A stretch of DNA of 64,000 nucleotides from Mycobacteriales bacterium (GCA_046593925.1 JBKJQN010000039.1:13763-77762), one strand, 5' to 3'. Shown: positions 54,863-64,000, counted from the first letter of the stretch. Program-made: numbers and translations. Notes: generated from the sequence alone by a model not told the origin.

Positions 54863-55650
54863 GCCTCACGACGGACCGCCGCGGGCTGCGCCGCCACCTG
54901 TTGCAGGCCCGGATCGCCGGTGACGTCGCGACCTCCCGCGAGGACAACCTGCGCAAGGCCGCCCGGATGGCGCAGGGCCGCCCGGGCTACGACTTCGGGC
55001 TCGAGCCGGCCCGGTCCTGGAGCCCCGACGAGGTGCTCGACGTGATGGTCCGGCGCTGCGGTGTGCGACCCGACCCGACCTACCTCGAGGGCCCCGACAC
55101 CATCGACGTCGAGCTCACCTTGGATGCGTTGGACCGGGTCCGCGACCGGCTCGCCCTTGCCGCGGCGCGACGGGAGCGGGTGCTGCTCGCGACAGGCCAC
55201 CCCACCGGCATCCTGGCGCTGCACCTGGCCGCCGCGCAGGCCCTGCGCGCCGCCGGCGCCACCGTGCTGGTGCCCGACCTGTCGTGGTCATGGCCGTGGG
55301 AGCGCGAGGGCGACTGGTCCTCGGCGCGGCCCCGCCACGTGCGCTCGATCGGTGGGGTGCACATGCTCGCCAGCGGCGGCGAGCTGCTGCACACCCACGC
55401 CGCCGAGCCAGGCCGGGCCCTGCTCGACGCCCTCGACGGCCAGCCCGACCTGGTCGTCGGCGACCACGGGTGGGCGGGGGCAGCCGCGCAGGCGGGCCTG
55501 GAGGTCGTGTCGTACGCGGACTGCAACGACCCCGCGCTGTTCGTCGCACAGGAGGAAGGGCTCGACATCATCGTCGTACCACTGGACGACAACGTGCTTC
55601 CGCACCTGTACGACCCGGTCTCGGCGTACCTGACGTCGTGGGCGGCCTGA
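54859..55650 (+). CDS. Conserved actinobacterial 'phosphatase' family protein
   Basis: IAGDVATSREDNL, LATGHPTGI, LLHTHAAEP, PDLVVGDHGWAGAA, ADCNDPALFV, PLDDNV. Confidence 0.85.
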   Translation: MSLTTDRRGLRRHLLQARIAGDVATSREDNLRKAARMAQGRPGYDFGLEPARSWSPDEVLDVMVRRCGVRPDPTYLEGPDTIDVELTLDALDRVRDRLALAAARRERVLLATGHPTGILALHLAAAQALRAAGATVLVPDLSWSWPWEREGDWSSARPRHVRSIGGVHMLASGGELLHTHAAEPGRALLDALDGQPDLVVGDHGWAGAAAQAGLEVVSYADCNDPALFVAQEEGLDIIVVPLDDNVLPHLYDPVSAYLTSWAA

Positions 55651-55774
55651 GGCGGCTGCCCCGTCTGCGCTACCGGTGGGCCGGGCGTGCCGATAGGCTA
55701 TGAGTGCACGCGCGTGTCCAGTGCCTGCGGTGGGGAAGCCGCGGGCCGCGTCGCGTGCCGACGGTGGTCGCCCC

Positions 55775-56062
55775 ATGTCCAGCCCGAAGCCCGGCACGGT
55801 GCCCGACCTGGTTGTGCCCCACACGCTCAGGCCCGACCCCGACGCGGCCGCCCCGGTCCGGCCGCGCGCGCTCGAGGACCTCGCCTCGGTGCGCTTCCTG
55901 ACTGTCGCCGAGGTCGCGGCGGTCATCCGGGTCTCGCGGATGACCGTGTACCGCCTCGTGCACGCAGGTGAGCTGGCCTCGGTACGGGTCGGCCGGTCCT
56001 TCCGGGTCCCGGAGCGCGCCGTGCACGACTACCTGAACGCGGCCTACACCGAAGCCGGCTGA
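55775..56062 (+). CDS. HTH_17/MerR-like small DNA-binding protein (Rv0500A/BdtA-like)
   Basis: FLTVAEVAAVIRVSRMTVYRLVHAGELASVRVGRSFRVPE; located just before bS22. Confidence 0.9.
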   Translation: MSSPKPGTVPDLVVPHTLRPDPDAAAPVRPRALEDLASVRFLTVAEVAAVIRVSRMTVYRLVHAGELASVRVGRSFRVPERAVHDYLNAAYTEAG

Positions 56063-56137
56063 GCGCTTGGACCTGAGCCCGGGCCCGGCCGCCGGGTAGG
56101 CTCCGGTTTTCCGTCCAGCAGCCGAGAAGGTCGTGTC

Positions 56138-56236
56138 GTGGGTTCCGTCATCAAGAAGCGTCGCAAGCGGATGGCCAAGAAGAAGCACCGCAAGCTGCTG
56201 AAGAAGACCCGCGTCCAGCGTCGCAACAAGAAGTAG
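56138..56236 (+). CDS. 30S ribosomal protein bS22 (AURKAIP1/COX24 family), not in ORF track
   Basis: [32 protein letters not shown]. Confidence 0.96.
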   Translation: MGSVIKKRRKRMAKKKHRKLLKKTRVQRRNKK

Positions 56237-56287
56237 GGTCGCGCCCCGCAGGCAGCAACGGCGCTGCCGCAGGGCGATGAGGTACCG

Positions 56288-57118
56288 ATGTCCGAGCAGT
56301 GGCTCTCGTTCCTGTCCGACTTCGGCTTCGAGGATGCGTTCCTCGGCGTCTGCAAGGGCGTCATAGCCCGCATCTCGCCGCAGGTCCGGGTGCTCGACGT
56401 GCTGCACCTCGTTGCGGCGCAGGACGTCGCGCAGGGTGCCTCGGTGCTCGCCTCGGCGATCGGCTACCTGCCGGTGCCCGCCGTGCACCTGGCGGTCGTC
56501 GACCCGTTCCGGGCCAGTCCGGTACGCGGGGTGGCCGTGCGGACGGCCGACGGCTCGACGTTCGTCTCGCCGGACAACGGCCTGACCAGCCAGGCCTGGG
56601 CCGCCGCCGGTGGTGAGGTCGAGGCGGTCGCGCTCGACAACGACGCGCTGTGGTTGCCCAAGCCGGCCAGGACGTTCCGCGGCAGGGACGTCTTCGCGCC
56701 CGTCGCTGCCCGGCTCGCCGCCGGGCTACCGCTGACCGAGGTGGGCAGCCCGGTGCCCATCGCGATGCTCGAGCGGCTGCCGGTGCGGCCGCCGACGGTC
56801 GACGACGATCACGTGCACGGCGAGGTCGTGCAGGTCGACCACTTCGGCAACCTCACGCTGAACTGCTGCCGTGCGGACCTGGAGGCTGCCGGCATGTCTC
56901 TCGGCGACACGGTCGAGCTGCGCTGTGGGGGCCGCTCCCTGGCCGTCCCGTTCGCGCTCACCTACGGCGAGGTCTCGCCGGGCCGGATCGCGGTCTGCGA
57001 GGACTCCTTCCGCACCATCACGCTGGCCGTCAATCAGGGCAGCGCCGCCCGGACACTGCGGGCCGGTCGCGGCCAGCCGATGGTCATCGCCAGGCGACGA
57101 GGCCCGGCCCGCGGCTGA
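56288..57118 (+). CDS. SAM hydroxide adenosyltransferase / SAM-dependent halogenase family (DUF62)
   Basis: FLSDFG..D.FLGVCKGVI, VHLAVVDP, VSPDNGL, TFRGRDVFAPVAA, VDHFGNL. Confidence 0.92.
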   Translation: MSEQWLSFLSDFGFEDAFLGVCKGVIARISPQVRVLDVLHLVAAQDVAQGASVLASAIGYLPVPAVHLAVVDPFRASPVRGVAVRTADGSTFVSPDNGLTSQAWAAAGGEVEAVALDNDALWLPKPARTFRGRDVFAPVAARLAAGLPLTEVGSPVPIAMLERLPVRPPTVDDDHVHGEVVQVDHFGNLTLNCCRADLEAAGMSLGDTVELRCGGRSLAVPFALTYGEVSPGRIAVCEDSFRTITLAVNQGSAARTLRAGRGQPMVIARRRGPARG

Positions 57119-57175
57119 CGCCCGCTCCGCCCAGGTCGGGCGTGCCAGTCGCGCGGCTACCCTGGGTGCACGCCC

Positions 57176-58246
57176 ATGACCAGGAGGACCGTCGTGACCG
57201 CCCGCGTGGTTCTCGTGACCGGCGCCAGCCGCTACCTCGGCAGTCGGCTGGCCGGGGTGCTGGCGGCGGACCCGTCGATCGACCGGGTGATCGGCGTCGA
57301 CACCGTCGCCCCGCGGCCCGAGCTGTCGGCGCTGCTCGGTCGTACCGAGTTCGTCCGCGCCGACATCCGCAACCCACTGATCGCCAAGGTGATCGCGCAG
57401 GCCGACGTCGACACCGTCGTACACATGAACGTCATCGCCACCCCGCTCGACGCGGGCGGTCGTACGGCGATGAAGGAGATCAACGTCATCGGGACGATGC
57501 AGCTGCTGGCCGCGTGCCAGAAGGCACCGTCGGTACGCAAGCTGGTAGTCAAGAGCACCACCGCGATCTACGGCTCCTCGCCGCGCGACCCGGCGCTGTT
57601 CACCGAGGACGCCGAGCCGCGGGCGCTGCCCAGGAGCGGCTACGGCAAGGACGCCGTCGAGGTCGAGGGATACGTACGCGGCTTCGGTCGCCGGCGCCCC
57701 GACGTGACGCTGACGCTGCTGAGGTTCACCAACTTCATCGGCCCGCAGATGGAGACGCCCCTGACCCGCTACCTGTCGCTGCCGGTGGTGCCGACCGTCC
57801 TCGGCTTCGACCCTCGGATCCAGCTGTGCCACGAGGACGACGGCATCGAGGTGCTGCGCCGCTCGACGCTGGAGCAGCACCCGGGTCTGTTCAACGTCGG
57901 CGGCGGCGGGGTGCTGCTGCTCTCGCAGGCCCTGCGGCGGCTGGGTCGGCCGTCGTTCCCGGTGCCGTCCCCGGCGGTCAACATCGTGGCCCGGGTGTTC
58001 CGGGGTACCGGCCTGGTGGACTTCTCGCCCGAGCAGATGCGCTTCCTCGTGCACGGCCGGGCCGTCGACGTCAGCCGGCTCACCCGCGAGTTCGGCCAGG
58101 TGCCGCGCAGCACGTCCGCGGCCTTTGCCGACTTCGCCCGAGCGCACGCCTCCTCGCGACTCGCCGACGCGGCCGGCGGCACCGAGCGGCGCGCCCTCGA
58201 GCTGCTTGCACATCACCCGACGAGCCCGGGAGCACTCGGTGCCTGA
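57176..58246 (+). CDS. NAD-dependent epimerase/dehydratase (Rv0501-like)
   Basis: LVTGASRYLG, ADIRNPLI, KEINVIGTMQLLAACQ, KSTTAIYG, LGFDPRIQ. Alternative start GTG 57194. Confidence 0.92.
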   Translation: MTRRTVVTARVVLVTGASRYLGSRLAGVLAADPSIDRVIGVDTVAPRPELSALLGRTEFVRADIRNPLIAKVIAQADVDTVVHMNVIATPLDAGGRTAMKEINVIGTMQLLAACQKAPSVRKLVVKSTTAIYGSSPRDPALFTEDAEPRALPRSGYGKDAVEVEGYVRGFGRRRPDVTLTLLRFTNFIGPQMETPLTRYLSLPVVPTVLGFDPRIQLCHEDDGIEVLRRSTLEQHPGLFNVGGGGVLLLSQALRRLGRPSFPVPSPAVNIVARVFRGTGLVDFSPEQMRFLVHGRAVDVSRLTREFGQVPRSTSAAFADFARAHASSRLADAAGGTERRALELLAHHPTSPGALGA

Positions 58247-59231
58247 GGCCAAGGTCCTGCCCTTCGACCAACGTGACGACGTGGCCCGGCGGGCCGCCGC
58301 CCGGCCGCCGCTCGATCAGCCGTCGCCCGGAGAGCCGTCGCCCGGAGAGCCGTCGCTCGATGAGCCGTCGCCCGCGAAGCCGGCGGGCCCCGAGTGGAAG
58401 CGCAGGCTCGCCGGCGGCCTGGCGTTCCTGCGCCGCCGCGTCACCGGTGACTACGAGGTCGACGACTTCGGCTTCGACGCCGACCTCACCAAGCACGTCC
58501 TGCTGCCGCCGCTGCGTCCGCTGTACAACCGGTGGTTCCGTGTCGAGACCCGCGGTCTGGAGCACGTACCGGACACCGGCGGCGCCCTGCTGGTCGCCAA
58601 CCACTCGGGCACGGTGCCGATCGACGCCGCGATGACGACGATCGCGATGTTCGACCACCACCCCGCCCACCGGCACCTCCGGCTGCTCGGCGCGGACCTC
58701 GTCTTCACCCTCCCGCTGATCGCACCGCTGGCCCGAAAGGGCGGCAATACGCTGGCCTGCAGCGCCGATGCCGAGCGGCTGCTGAGCTCCGGTGAGCTGG
58801 TCGGGGTGTTCCCGGAGGGCTTCAAGGGCATCGGCAAGCCGTTCAGCGAGCGCTACAAGCTGCAGCGGTTCGGCCGCGGGGGTTTCGTCGCCGCTGCGCT
58901 GCGGACCGGCGTACCGATCATCCCGTGCTCGATCGTGGGCGCCGAGGAGATCTACCCGATGATCGGCAACGTGAAGTCCCTGGCGCGGCTGCTCGGGCTG
59001 CCCTACGCCCCGGTGACGCCGACCTTCCCGCTGCTCGGGCCGCTCGGGGTCATCCCGCTCCCGTCAAAATGGATCATCGAGTTCGGGGAGCCGATCGCGA
59101 CCGCCGATCTCGGTGGACCGGCCGCCGCCGAGGACCCGATGCTGGTGTTCAACCTGACCGACCAGGTCCGCGAGACCATCCAGTCCACGCTGTACACGCT
59201 GCTCATGCAGCGCCGCTCGGTCTTCTTCTGA
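58239..59231 (+). CDS. Lysophospholipid acyltransferase family protein (Rv0502-like)
   Basis: VANHSGTVPIDA, VGVFPEG, RFGRGGF, GAEEIYP, PLPSKWII. Confidence 0.93.
   Translation: MPEAKVLPFDQRDDVARRAAARPPLDQPSPGEPSPGEPSLDEPSPAKPAGPEWKRRLAGGLAFLRRRVTGDYEVDDFGFDADLTKHVLLPPLRPLYNRWFRVETRGLEHVPDTGGALLVANHSGTVPIDAAMTTIAMFDHHPAHRHLRLLGADLVFTLPLIAPLARKGGNTLACSADAERLLSSGELVGVFPEGFKGIGKPFSERYKLQRFGRGGFVAAALRTGVPIIPCSIVGAEEIYPMIGNVKSLARLLGLPYAPVTPTFPLLGPLGVIPLPSKWIIEFGEPIATADLGGPAAAEDPMLVFNLTDQVRETIQSTLYTLLMQRRSVFF
58317..58376 (+). repeat. 15-nt coding tandem repeat x4 (EPSPG-like)
   Basis: cagccgtcgcccgga-gagccgtcgcccgga-gagccgtcgctcgat-gagccgtcgcccgcg. Confidence 0.85.
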
Positions 59232-59232
59232 C

Positions 59233-59308
59233 GGCGGGCGCCCCGCCCGCCCCGGGCGACATCCGGCCATCTCGATCACCGACACCGGCGTGTCGAGAGG
59301 GTGATGTC
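59233..59308. terminator. Hairpins between convergent genes (candidate bidirectional terminator)
   Basis: cgacac-cggc-gtgtcg core with atcacc/ggtgat and gacatc/gatgtc outer pairings. Confidence 0.4.
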
Positions 59309-59386
59309 CGGGTGGGCGCGCCGGGTCGCCGCAGGACCGGGGTTGCGTGCCGTACCGGCGCAGGACGCGGGGGTGGCCGTGCCGGG

Positions 59387-60310
59387 TCAGCGCAGGACGG
59401 CGCCATAGCGCCGGACCCGGCGGGGCAGTGACTCCTGCCGATAGCGCCGCCGAAGCGCGAGCCCCCCCACGACTCCGCCGGCGGCTGCTCCGAGGCCCGC
59501 GGCCGCGGGCACCCCGATCTTGGCCGCCTTGCGCCCCGTACGGAAGTCACGCACCTCCCAGCCGCGCGCGCGGGCCTGTTCGCGCAGCCCGGTGTCCGGG
59601 TTGACCGCCACCGCATGGCCGACAAGCGACAGCATCGGGACGTCGTTGGAGGAGTCGCTGTAAGCGGTGCAGCGGGACAGGTCCAGGCCCTCCCGCTCGG
59701 CAAGCGCGCGGACCGCCTCCGCTTTCGCCGGGCCGTGTAGCGGCTCACCGACCAGCCGACCGGTGTAGCGGCCGTCCTCGACCTCACTGACGGTCCCGAG
59801 TGCGCCGGTCAGCCCGAGCCGCCGGCTGATGATGCGAGCCAGCTCGACGGGGGTGGCCGTCACCAGGAAGACGCGCTGGCCGGCGTCGAGGTGCTGCTGA
59901 GCGAGCGCCCGGGTACCCGACCAGATGCGCTGCTCCATCAGCTCGTCGTAGATCTCCTCGCCGTACCTGACGATGTCCTCGACGCTCTTGCCCGCGACCA
60001 GGCCGAGCGCCTTCTCGCGGATACCGGCGACCGTGTCGGGGTCTTCCTTGCCGCGGACCCGGAAGCGCAGCTGCTCCCAGCCGAAGTTGAGCAGATCCCG
60101 GGTGGTGACGAGCCCGCGGCCGGCCATGCCCTTGCCGAAGAAATAGATCGACGCGCCCCGGATCATCGTGTTGTCGACGTCGAAAAAGGCTGCCGCGCCC
60201 GGGTCGGAGGGTGGCGCGGCGGGTACTTCGACGGCCGCGGCGGAGGCGGCCCCGGCCAGGACGGCGGCTACCCCGTCGCCGCGGTGCGACCTGCGCATCG
60301 AGCGCGTCAC
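59387..60310 (-). CDS. HAD-IB family hydrolase (SerB1/Rv0505c-like)
   Basis: [47 protein letters not shown]. Confidence 0.93.
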   Translation of the reverse strand: MTRSMRRSHRGDGVAAVLAGAASAAAVEVPAAPPSDPGAAAFFDVDNTMIRGASIYFFGKGMAGRGLVTTRDLLNFGWEQLRFRVRGKEDPDTVAGIREKALGLVAGKSVEDIVRYGEEIYDELMEQRIWSGTRALAQQHLDAGQRVFLVTATPVELARIISRRLGLTGALGTVSEVEDGRYTGRLVGEPLHGPAKAEAVRALAEREGLDLSRCTAYSDSSNDVPMLSLVGHAVAVNPDTGLREQARARGWEVRDFRTGRKAAKIGVPAAAGLGAAAGGVVGGLALRRRYRQESLPRRVRRYGAVLR

Positions 60311-60394
60311 GCGGACCTCCTGGGCGTCGGGCGGGCGGACGTCCCAACCCTAGCCAGTGTGGTCCGGCAGGCGGGTGACCCGGGCGCCGTGGCC

Positions 60395-61678
60395 TTAGCG
60401 CCCGGGCAGAACGCCGCCTGGAGCGCCCGTGGCCGTCGGCGGCGGGTCGGGTACGAGCGTGGGCACGAGCCCTGTTGGATCGGCTGGCCCTGGCGAGGGC
60501 GGCAGGTCTGGTGCGACAGGCGGCGCGGTCGTCGGGACCGCGGTCTGCGACAGCTGCGACGCGGACAGGTCGGCCGTAGGCGATCCGCCCGTCCCCGCAC
60601 CGCCAGCGGTCGCATCGGGAACGGCGACCGACGGATCGGCGAGTCCGGGACCCGCCGCACCGGGAGTGGCGAGACCCGGATCGGGCGGTGTGCTGCCCGA
60701 CGCGGTGTCGGCCCGAGCCGGGCCGCCCGACACCGGAGCCCCCGGCCGGGCGGACCCGGGGGCGGCAGGGTCCGGCGCCGGCACGGAAGTCACCGGGCCG
60801 CGCCCGGTTGGCTTGCCGCTCGGACCCTTCGGGCTGGAGCCGAGGGCCGGCGGGCAGGTGCCAGAGCCGGCGAGGCACTTGACCAGAGCCGAACCTGCGT
60901 CTGCCCCGACAGCAATAATCACCGACAGCGACGTCTGTGCCTGCTGGCGCGCCGCGCCCGGCAGGTCGGGGACCACGCTGCGCAGGCGGTCGGCCTGTTC
61001 ACCGGACCACTGCTGAAGCACCAGGAACAGCGTGGTGCTACCGGAGTCCCGGGCAACCCGCTGGACGAGTTCGCTGCCGGTGCGGGTCTGGGCGTCCATG
61101 TCGGCGAGCGCCCAGCCAATCGGGCCTTCGCCGGCACTGGCGGCGAGCACGCTGGTGTGTGTCGACGCGGTGGGCAGCGCTAGCGAACCCCGGCCCGATG
61201 CGAGTGCCGCGACCTCGCGGAGCCTGGTCTCGGCGAACTGCAGGTGGCGGCTGCCCTGACCGAGGGCGCCGTCCGCAAGACGCAGCTGCAGCGCCTCGGT
61301 GGCCAGCTTCGCGGCGTACAGCGGCTGGCCCGGCAGCGAGCGCGTCGCGCCGACACCGATGCCGGTCACCGTGACGACGAAGGCGAGCGCTCCGGCGAGG
61401 ACTGCGGCGCGCCGCGGGACGCGGACCCGTTGCAGGGCTGCCGCGGCAACGGCGAGCGGCCCGGTGGGCTCGGCGTTCGGCTCCGACGCCGGCGGCATGG
61501 CGGCGACCGCGAGCAGCCGGGTACGCAGCGCCGACCGCCACTCCAGGCTGGGGACAAGGGCGGGCTCGAGATCGCTCCGCAGGGTCGCGAAGGCATCCAG
61601 CAGGGCGCCCTCGCGCCGCTCGGGAGCGCCGTTGTCCAGGGCCCGGGCGAAGGCGTCGGCGCGGGACCGGGTGGTCAT
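60395..61678 (-). CDS. rsbN: DUF5667 anti-sigma factor RsbN
   Basis: FARALD, WRSALRTRLLAVA, TM, SLPGQPLYAAKLATE, Pro/Gly-rich tail; directly downstream of bldN; RBS GAGGAGG. Confidence 0.85.
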   Translation of the reverse strand: MTTRSRADAFARALDNGAPERREGALLDAFATLRSDLEPALVPSLEWRSALRTRLLAVAAMPPASEPNAEPTGPLAVAAAALQRVRVPRRAAVLAGALAFVVTVTGIGVGATRSLPGQPLYAAKLATEALQLRLADGALGQGSRHLQFAETRLREVAALASGRGSLALPTASTHTSVLAASAGEGPIGWALADMDAQTRTGSELVQRVARDSGSTTLFLVLQQWSGEQADRLRSVVPDLPGAARQQAQTSLSVIIAVGADAGSALVKCLAGSGTCPPALGSSPKGPSGKPTGRGPVTSVPAPDPAAPGSARPGAPVSGGPARADTASGSTPPDPGLATPGAAGPGLADPSVAVPDATAGGAGTGGSPTADLSASQLSQTAVPTTAPPVAPDLPPSPGPADPTGLVPTLVPDPPPTATGAPGGVLPGR

Positions 61679-61760
61679 GCGCGCCCTCCTCGACCGTCGG
61701 CTGTAGTCACGCTATGTGTCGAATCATCATGTGACACCCGGGGATGGCTCGTACGGTCGT

Positions 61761-61830
61761 GCCACATCGCCATAAACCCCGTCACCGGGTGCAACGACGA
61801 TGTCCCCCCGGAAGTGACGGCCACATCGCC
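61761..61830 (-). promoter_or_regulatory. Putative sigma-BldN promoter of rsbN (CGTCAC-N17-CGTTGC) flanked by an 11-bp direct repeat
   Basis: Minus strand cgtcac (61819-61814) and cgttgc (61796-61791); gccacatcgcc at 61761-61771 and 61820-61830. Confidence 0.5.
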
Positions 61831-61865
61831 GCGGGTGCCCGGCGGGCGCCCCCGGACGACTGGCG

Positions 61866-62717
61866 TCACAGCCCGACCCCGTCGGGGAGCAACTGGGCCA
61901 GGTTGCGTACCGCGCGGTACTGCAGGGCCTTGACAGCCCCGTCGTTCCTGCCCATGACCTTCGCGGTTTCCGAGACCGACAGCCCCTGCAGGAATCGCAG
62001 CGAGATGCACTCCTGCTGCTCCGGGCCCAGCCGGCGCACCGCCTCGAGCAGGGCTGCACTCTGCAGGCGCGTCAGGACGACATCCTCAGGGCCTGGCTCG
62101 GAGGCAACCGGCGCCGACGCCGTGACGTCGTCGGTGGTGAGCTCCAGGCGGTAGCGGCCGCTCTTGTAGTGGTCGGCGACGAGGTTACGGGCAATCGTCA
62201 CGAACCAGGCGCCGACGTCGCGCCCCTGCCAGGTGAAGCTGCCGATCCGACGTAGCGCCCGCAGGAACGTCTCGGCGGTGAGGTCCTGAGCCAGGTGGGG
62301 GTCCGCGACGCGGTGCCGCACATAGCGGTAGACCATGTTGACGTAGCGGTCGTAGAGCGCGCCGTAGGCGTCGGCGTCTCCCGCTTGGGCGAGGTGTACG
62401 AGCTCGAGCGACCGGGCCGCCCCGCCGTCCGGCGCCGCTGGCCCCCCGTCCGGTTCTGCTGGCTCCCCGTCCGGCAGCGGCGCTTCCGCGAGCGGCGCAT
62501 CTGGGCTACCGGGGGTACGCGCGGGCGGCACGCTGCCGGGGGCGAGCCGGCCCCCGCGGGAGGAGACCCGGCCGGGCGGGCGCGGGCCGGTGTCCGTCAG
62601 GTCGCGGCTGACCAGCCCCGCCCGTGCCGCCCGCACCAGCTCCTCGCGGTTGGCCTGCACGACAGCCGCCGCCAGATCCTGCAGCCCGGGGACGTGGCGC
62701 CGGGTCATCGTCGCCAT
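61866..62717 (-). CDS. bldN: ECF sigma factor BldN/AdsA with N-terminal pro-sequence
   Basis: AFxxLYDRY-like AYGALYDRYVNMVYRYV, LTAETFLRALRRIGSFTWQGRDVGAWFVTIARNLVADHYKSGRYRLE, QQECISLRFLQGLSVSETA, VKALQYRAVR. Start ATG 62717 or 62708. Confidence 0.9.
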   Translation of the reverse strand: MATMTRRHVPGLQDLAAAVVQANREELVRAARAGLVSRDLTDTGPRPPGRVSSRGGRLAPGSVPPARTPGSPDAPLAEAPLPDGEPAEPDGGPAAPDGGAARSLELVHLAQAGDADAYGALYDRYVNMVYRYVRHRVADPHLAQDLTAETFLRALRRIGSFTWQGRDVGAWFVTIARNLVADHYKSGRYRLELTTDDVTASAPVASEPGPEDVVLTRLQSAALLEAVRRLGPEQQECISLRFLQGLSVSETAKVMGRNDGAVKALQYRAVRNLAQLLPDGVGL

Positions 62718-62939
62718 CCCGGCCGGCCGTGCGGGTGGCCGGCGCTGGCGTCTGGCGGGCGCATCAGGCCTCCTTGCGCGGCGCGGGCATCGCCCGCAGG
62801 CTGCGGTCGTCCTGGCGGATGGTAGGACGAGCTGCCCCCCGGTGCGCGCCGATGACCGTATCGGCACTGTGGGGGTCTTCCTGCAGGGCACGGCGCCATC
62901 GAGGACGCTGGTCGAGGCACGCCGCCGTACCCTCGGGCC

Positions 62940-64000
62940 GTGACCGCGACCGCTCCCGCCGCCCCGATCCGGGGACGGCGGCTGTCGCGGCGGGCCCGCC
63001 GGCGGCGCCGCGGCCGCCGGGTGGTGCGCGGCGTCCTGCTGCTCGTGCTGGCGGTGCTGATCGGCTCCGGCGCCTTCGTCGGCGGACTGCTCGCCGCTCC
63101 CGCCTCCTTCGACCTGCCGCCCGCCCCCCGCCCGGCACTGCTGTATGCCGGTGACTCCCGCACCCAGATCGCGACGATCCTGCCGGCTGAGCGGCGCGAG
63201 CCGGTGCCGGCTGCGGAGGTGCCGCTGGCCATGCGCGAGGCCATCATCTCTGCCGAGGACGGGCGCTTCCTCGACCACAACGGCGTCGACCTGGTGGCGA
63301 CGCTGCGGGCCGCCTTCCGCGACCTGACGGGCGGCAACACCCAGGGCGGGTCGACGCTGACCCAGCAGTACGTCAAGAACACTTACGTCGGTGACGACCG
63401 GACGCTGCTGCGCAAGCTGCGCGAGGCCGCTCTCGCCGTGCGACTGGAGCACCGGCTGACCAAAGACGAGATCATCGTCGACTATCTGAACGCGCTCTAC
63501 CTCGGCAATGGGACCTATGGCGTGCAGGCCGCGGCCAGGTACTACTTCGGTGTCCCGGTCAAGGACCTCGCCCTGGACCCTGGCACGGGGGACCGCAGCC
63601 CGGTCCGCGAGCTGGCCAGGGCGGCGATGCTCGCCGGGATCGCCCCCGCACCATCGGCATGGAACCCGGTCGCGGACCTGCCGACGGCCAAGGCCCGGCA
63701 GCGCTACACGCTCAACCGGATGGTCGCCGGTGGCCTGATCAGCCCGGCCCAGGCCAGTGCGGCCTTCGAGCTGGCGATCGTGCCGGTGCGCGCCGCGACG
63801 CCCGAGCCACCGTCGACGGCGCCGGAGTTCAGCGACCTGCTGAAGGCGCAGCTCATGGATTCCTATGCTGCCTCGCAGCGGGACGACGAGCTGTTCCGCG
63901 GTGGCCTGCGGGTGACCAGCACCCTGGATGCGGGGCTGCAGAAGGCGTTGGCCCAGGCCGCCGTCGAGGTGCTCCCCGGCGCTGGCGACCCGCAGGTGGC
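62940..64000 (+). CDS. Class A penicillin-binding protein (transglycosylase domain), 3' truncated; not in ORF track
   Basis: Arg-rich N-terminus + TM; AEDGRFLDHNGVD, QGGSTLTQQYVKN, RKLREA, KDEIIVDYLN..YLGNGTYGVQAAARYYFG. Confidence 0.94.
   Translation, partial: MTATAPAAPIRGRRLSRRARRRRRGRRVVRGVLLLVLAVLIGSGAFVGGLLAAPASFDLPPAPRPALLYAGDSRTQIATILPAERREPVPAAEVPLAMREAIISAEDGRFLDHNGVDLVATLRAAFRDLTGGNTQGGSTLTQQYVKNTYVGDDRTLLRKLREAALAVRLEHRLTKDEIIVDYLNALYLGNGTYGVQAAARYYFGVPVKDLALDPGTGDRSPVRELARAAMLAGIAPAPSAWNPVADLPTAKARQRYTLNRMVAGGLISPAQASAAFELAIVPVRAATPEPPSTAPEFSDLLKAQLMDSYAASQRDDELFRGGLRVTSTLDAGLQKALAQAAVEVLPGAGDPQV

Noticed and set aside
55775-56062. Excisionase-like HTH as evidence of a prophage/ICE, or as BldC
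   Set aside because: No integrase or att site. It sits in the conserved core position before bS22, and the sequence fits the Rv0500A/BdtA type rather than BldC (RVDPKTVTRW).
56288-57118. Calling the gene a fluorinase/chlorinase
   Set aside because: It lacks the TFY(S/G)R halogenase residue pattern and no halometabolite genes are nearby.
61707-61719. BldD box upstream of rsbN (TCAC-GCTAT-GTGT)
   Set aside because: It misses the terminal A of the TNAC-N5-GTNA consensus; near-matches are common by chance.

Overview
High-GC (Actinomycetes) chromosomal segment. The backbone is the conserved actinobacterial core order: sseA-sseC, nitrobindin, ygfZ, rsiG-asparaginase, XRE-hbhA-DUF2516, ssgB, mshA-ybjN-gpmA, phoU/senX3-regX3, Rv0495c-like-ppx-proDH-proC, acuC-bdtA-like-bS22-epimerase-acyltransferase, HAD-rsbN-bldN, and a class A PBP. 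The developmental genes (ssgB, rsiG, bldN/rsbN) suggest a differentiating actinomycete, perhaps Frankiales/Geodermatophilales-like (inference). Accessory blocks are inserted into this backbone: an rmlBCDA-ugd nucleotide-sugar cluster, a NarL-type two-component system with a His/Gly/Asp-rich secreted protein, a secreted PQQ-type propeller, a NfeD/flotillin pair, a MacAB-like ABC exporter and a DUF62 SAM-adenosyltransferase whose TFHGRD His is replaced by Arg. The most notable block is a ~7.8 kb minus-strand operon (37721->29894). It encodes a ~1700-aa membrane-anchored multicopper oxidase with the permuted copper-motif order typical of MnxG Mn(II) oxidases, followed by a lipoprotein, an exported protein and CopCD. 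A SpoIIE/STAS/STAS partner-switching module is divergent from it, and a decayed LOV-GAF-SpoIIE photoreceptor gene lies nearby. Non-coding signals: a PHO box, a shared CGTCAC-N16/17-CGTTGC (sigma-BldN-like) promoter upstream of both ssgB and rsbN, AAGG direct repeats at three promoters around the oxidase locus, many leaderless-type -10 boxes, and several hairpins or palindromes. At least six internally deleted or frameshifted gene relics are present. No transposase, integrase, tRNA, rRNA or CRISPR array was recognised. All family calls come from motif recognition by eye; no database search was run.
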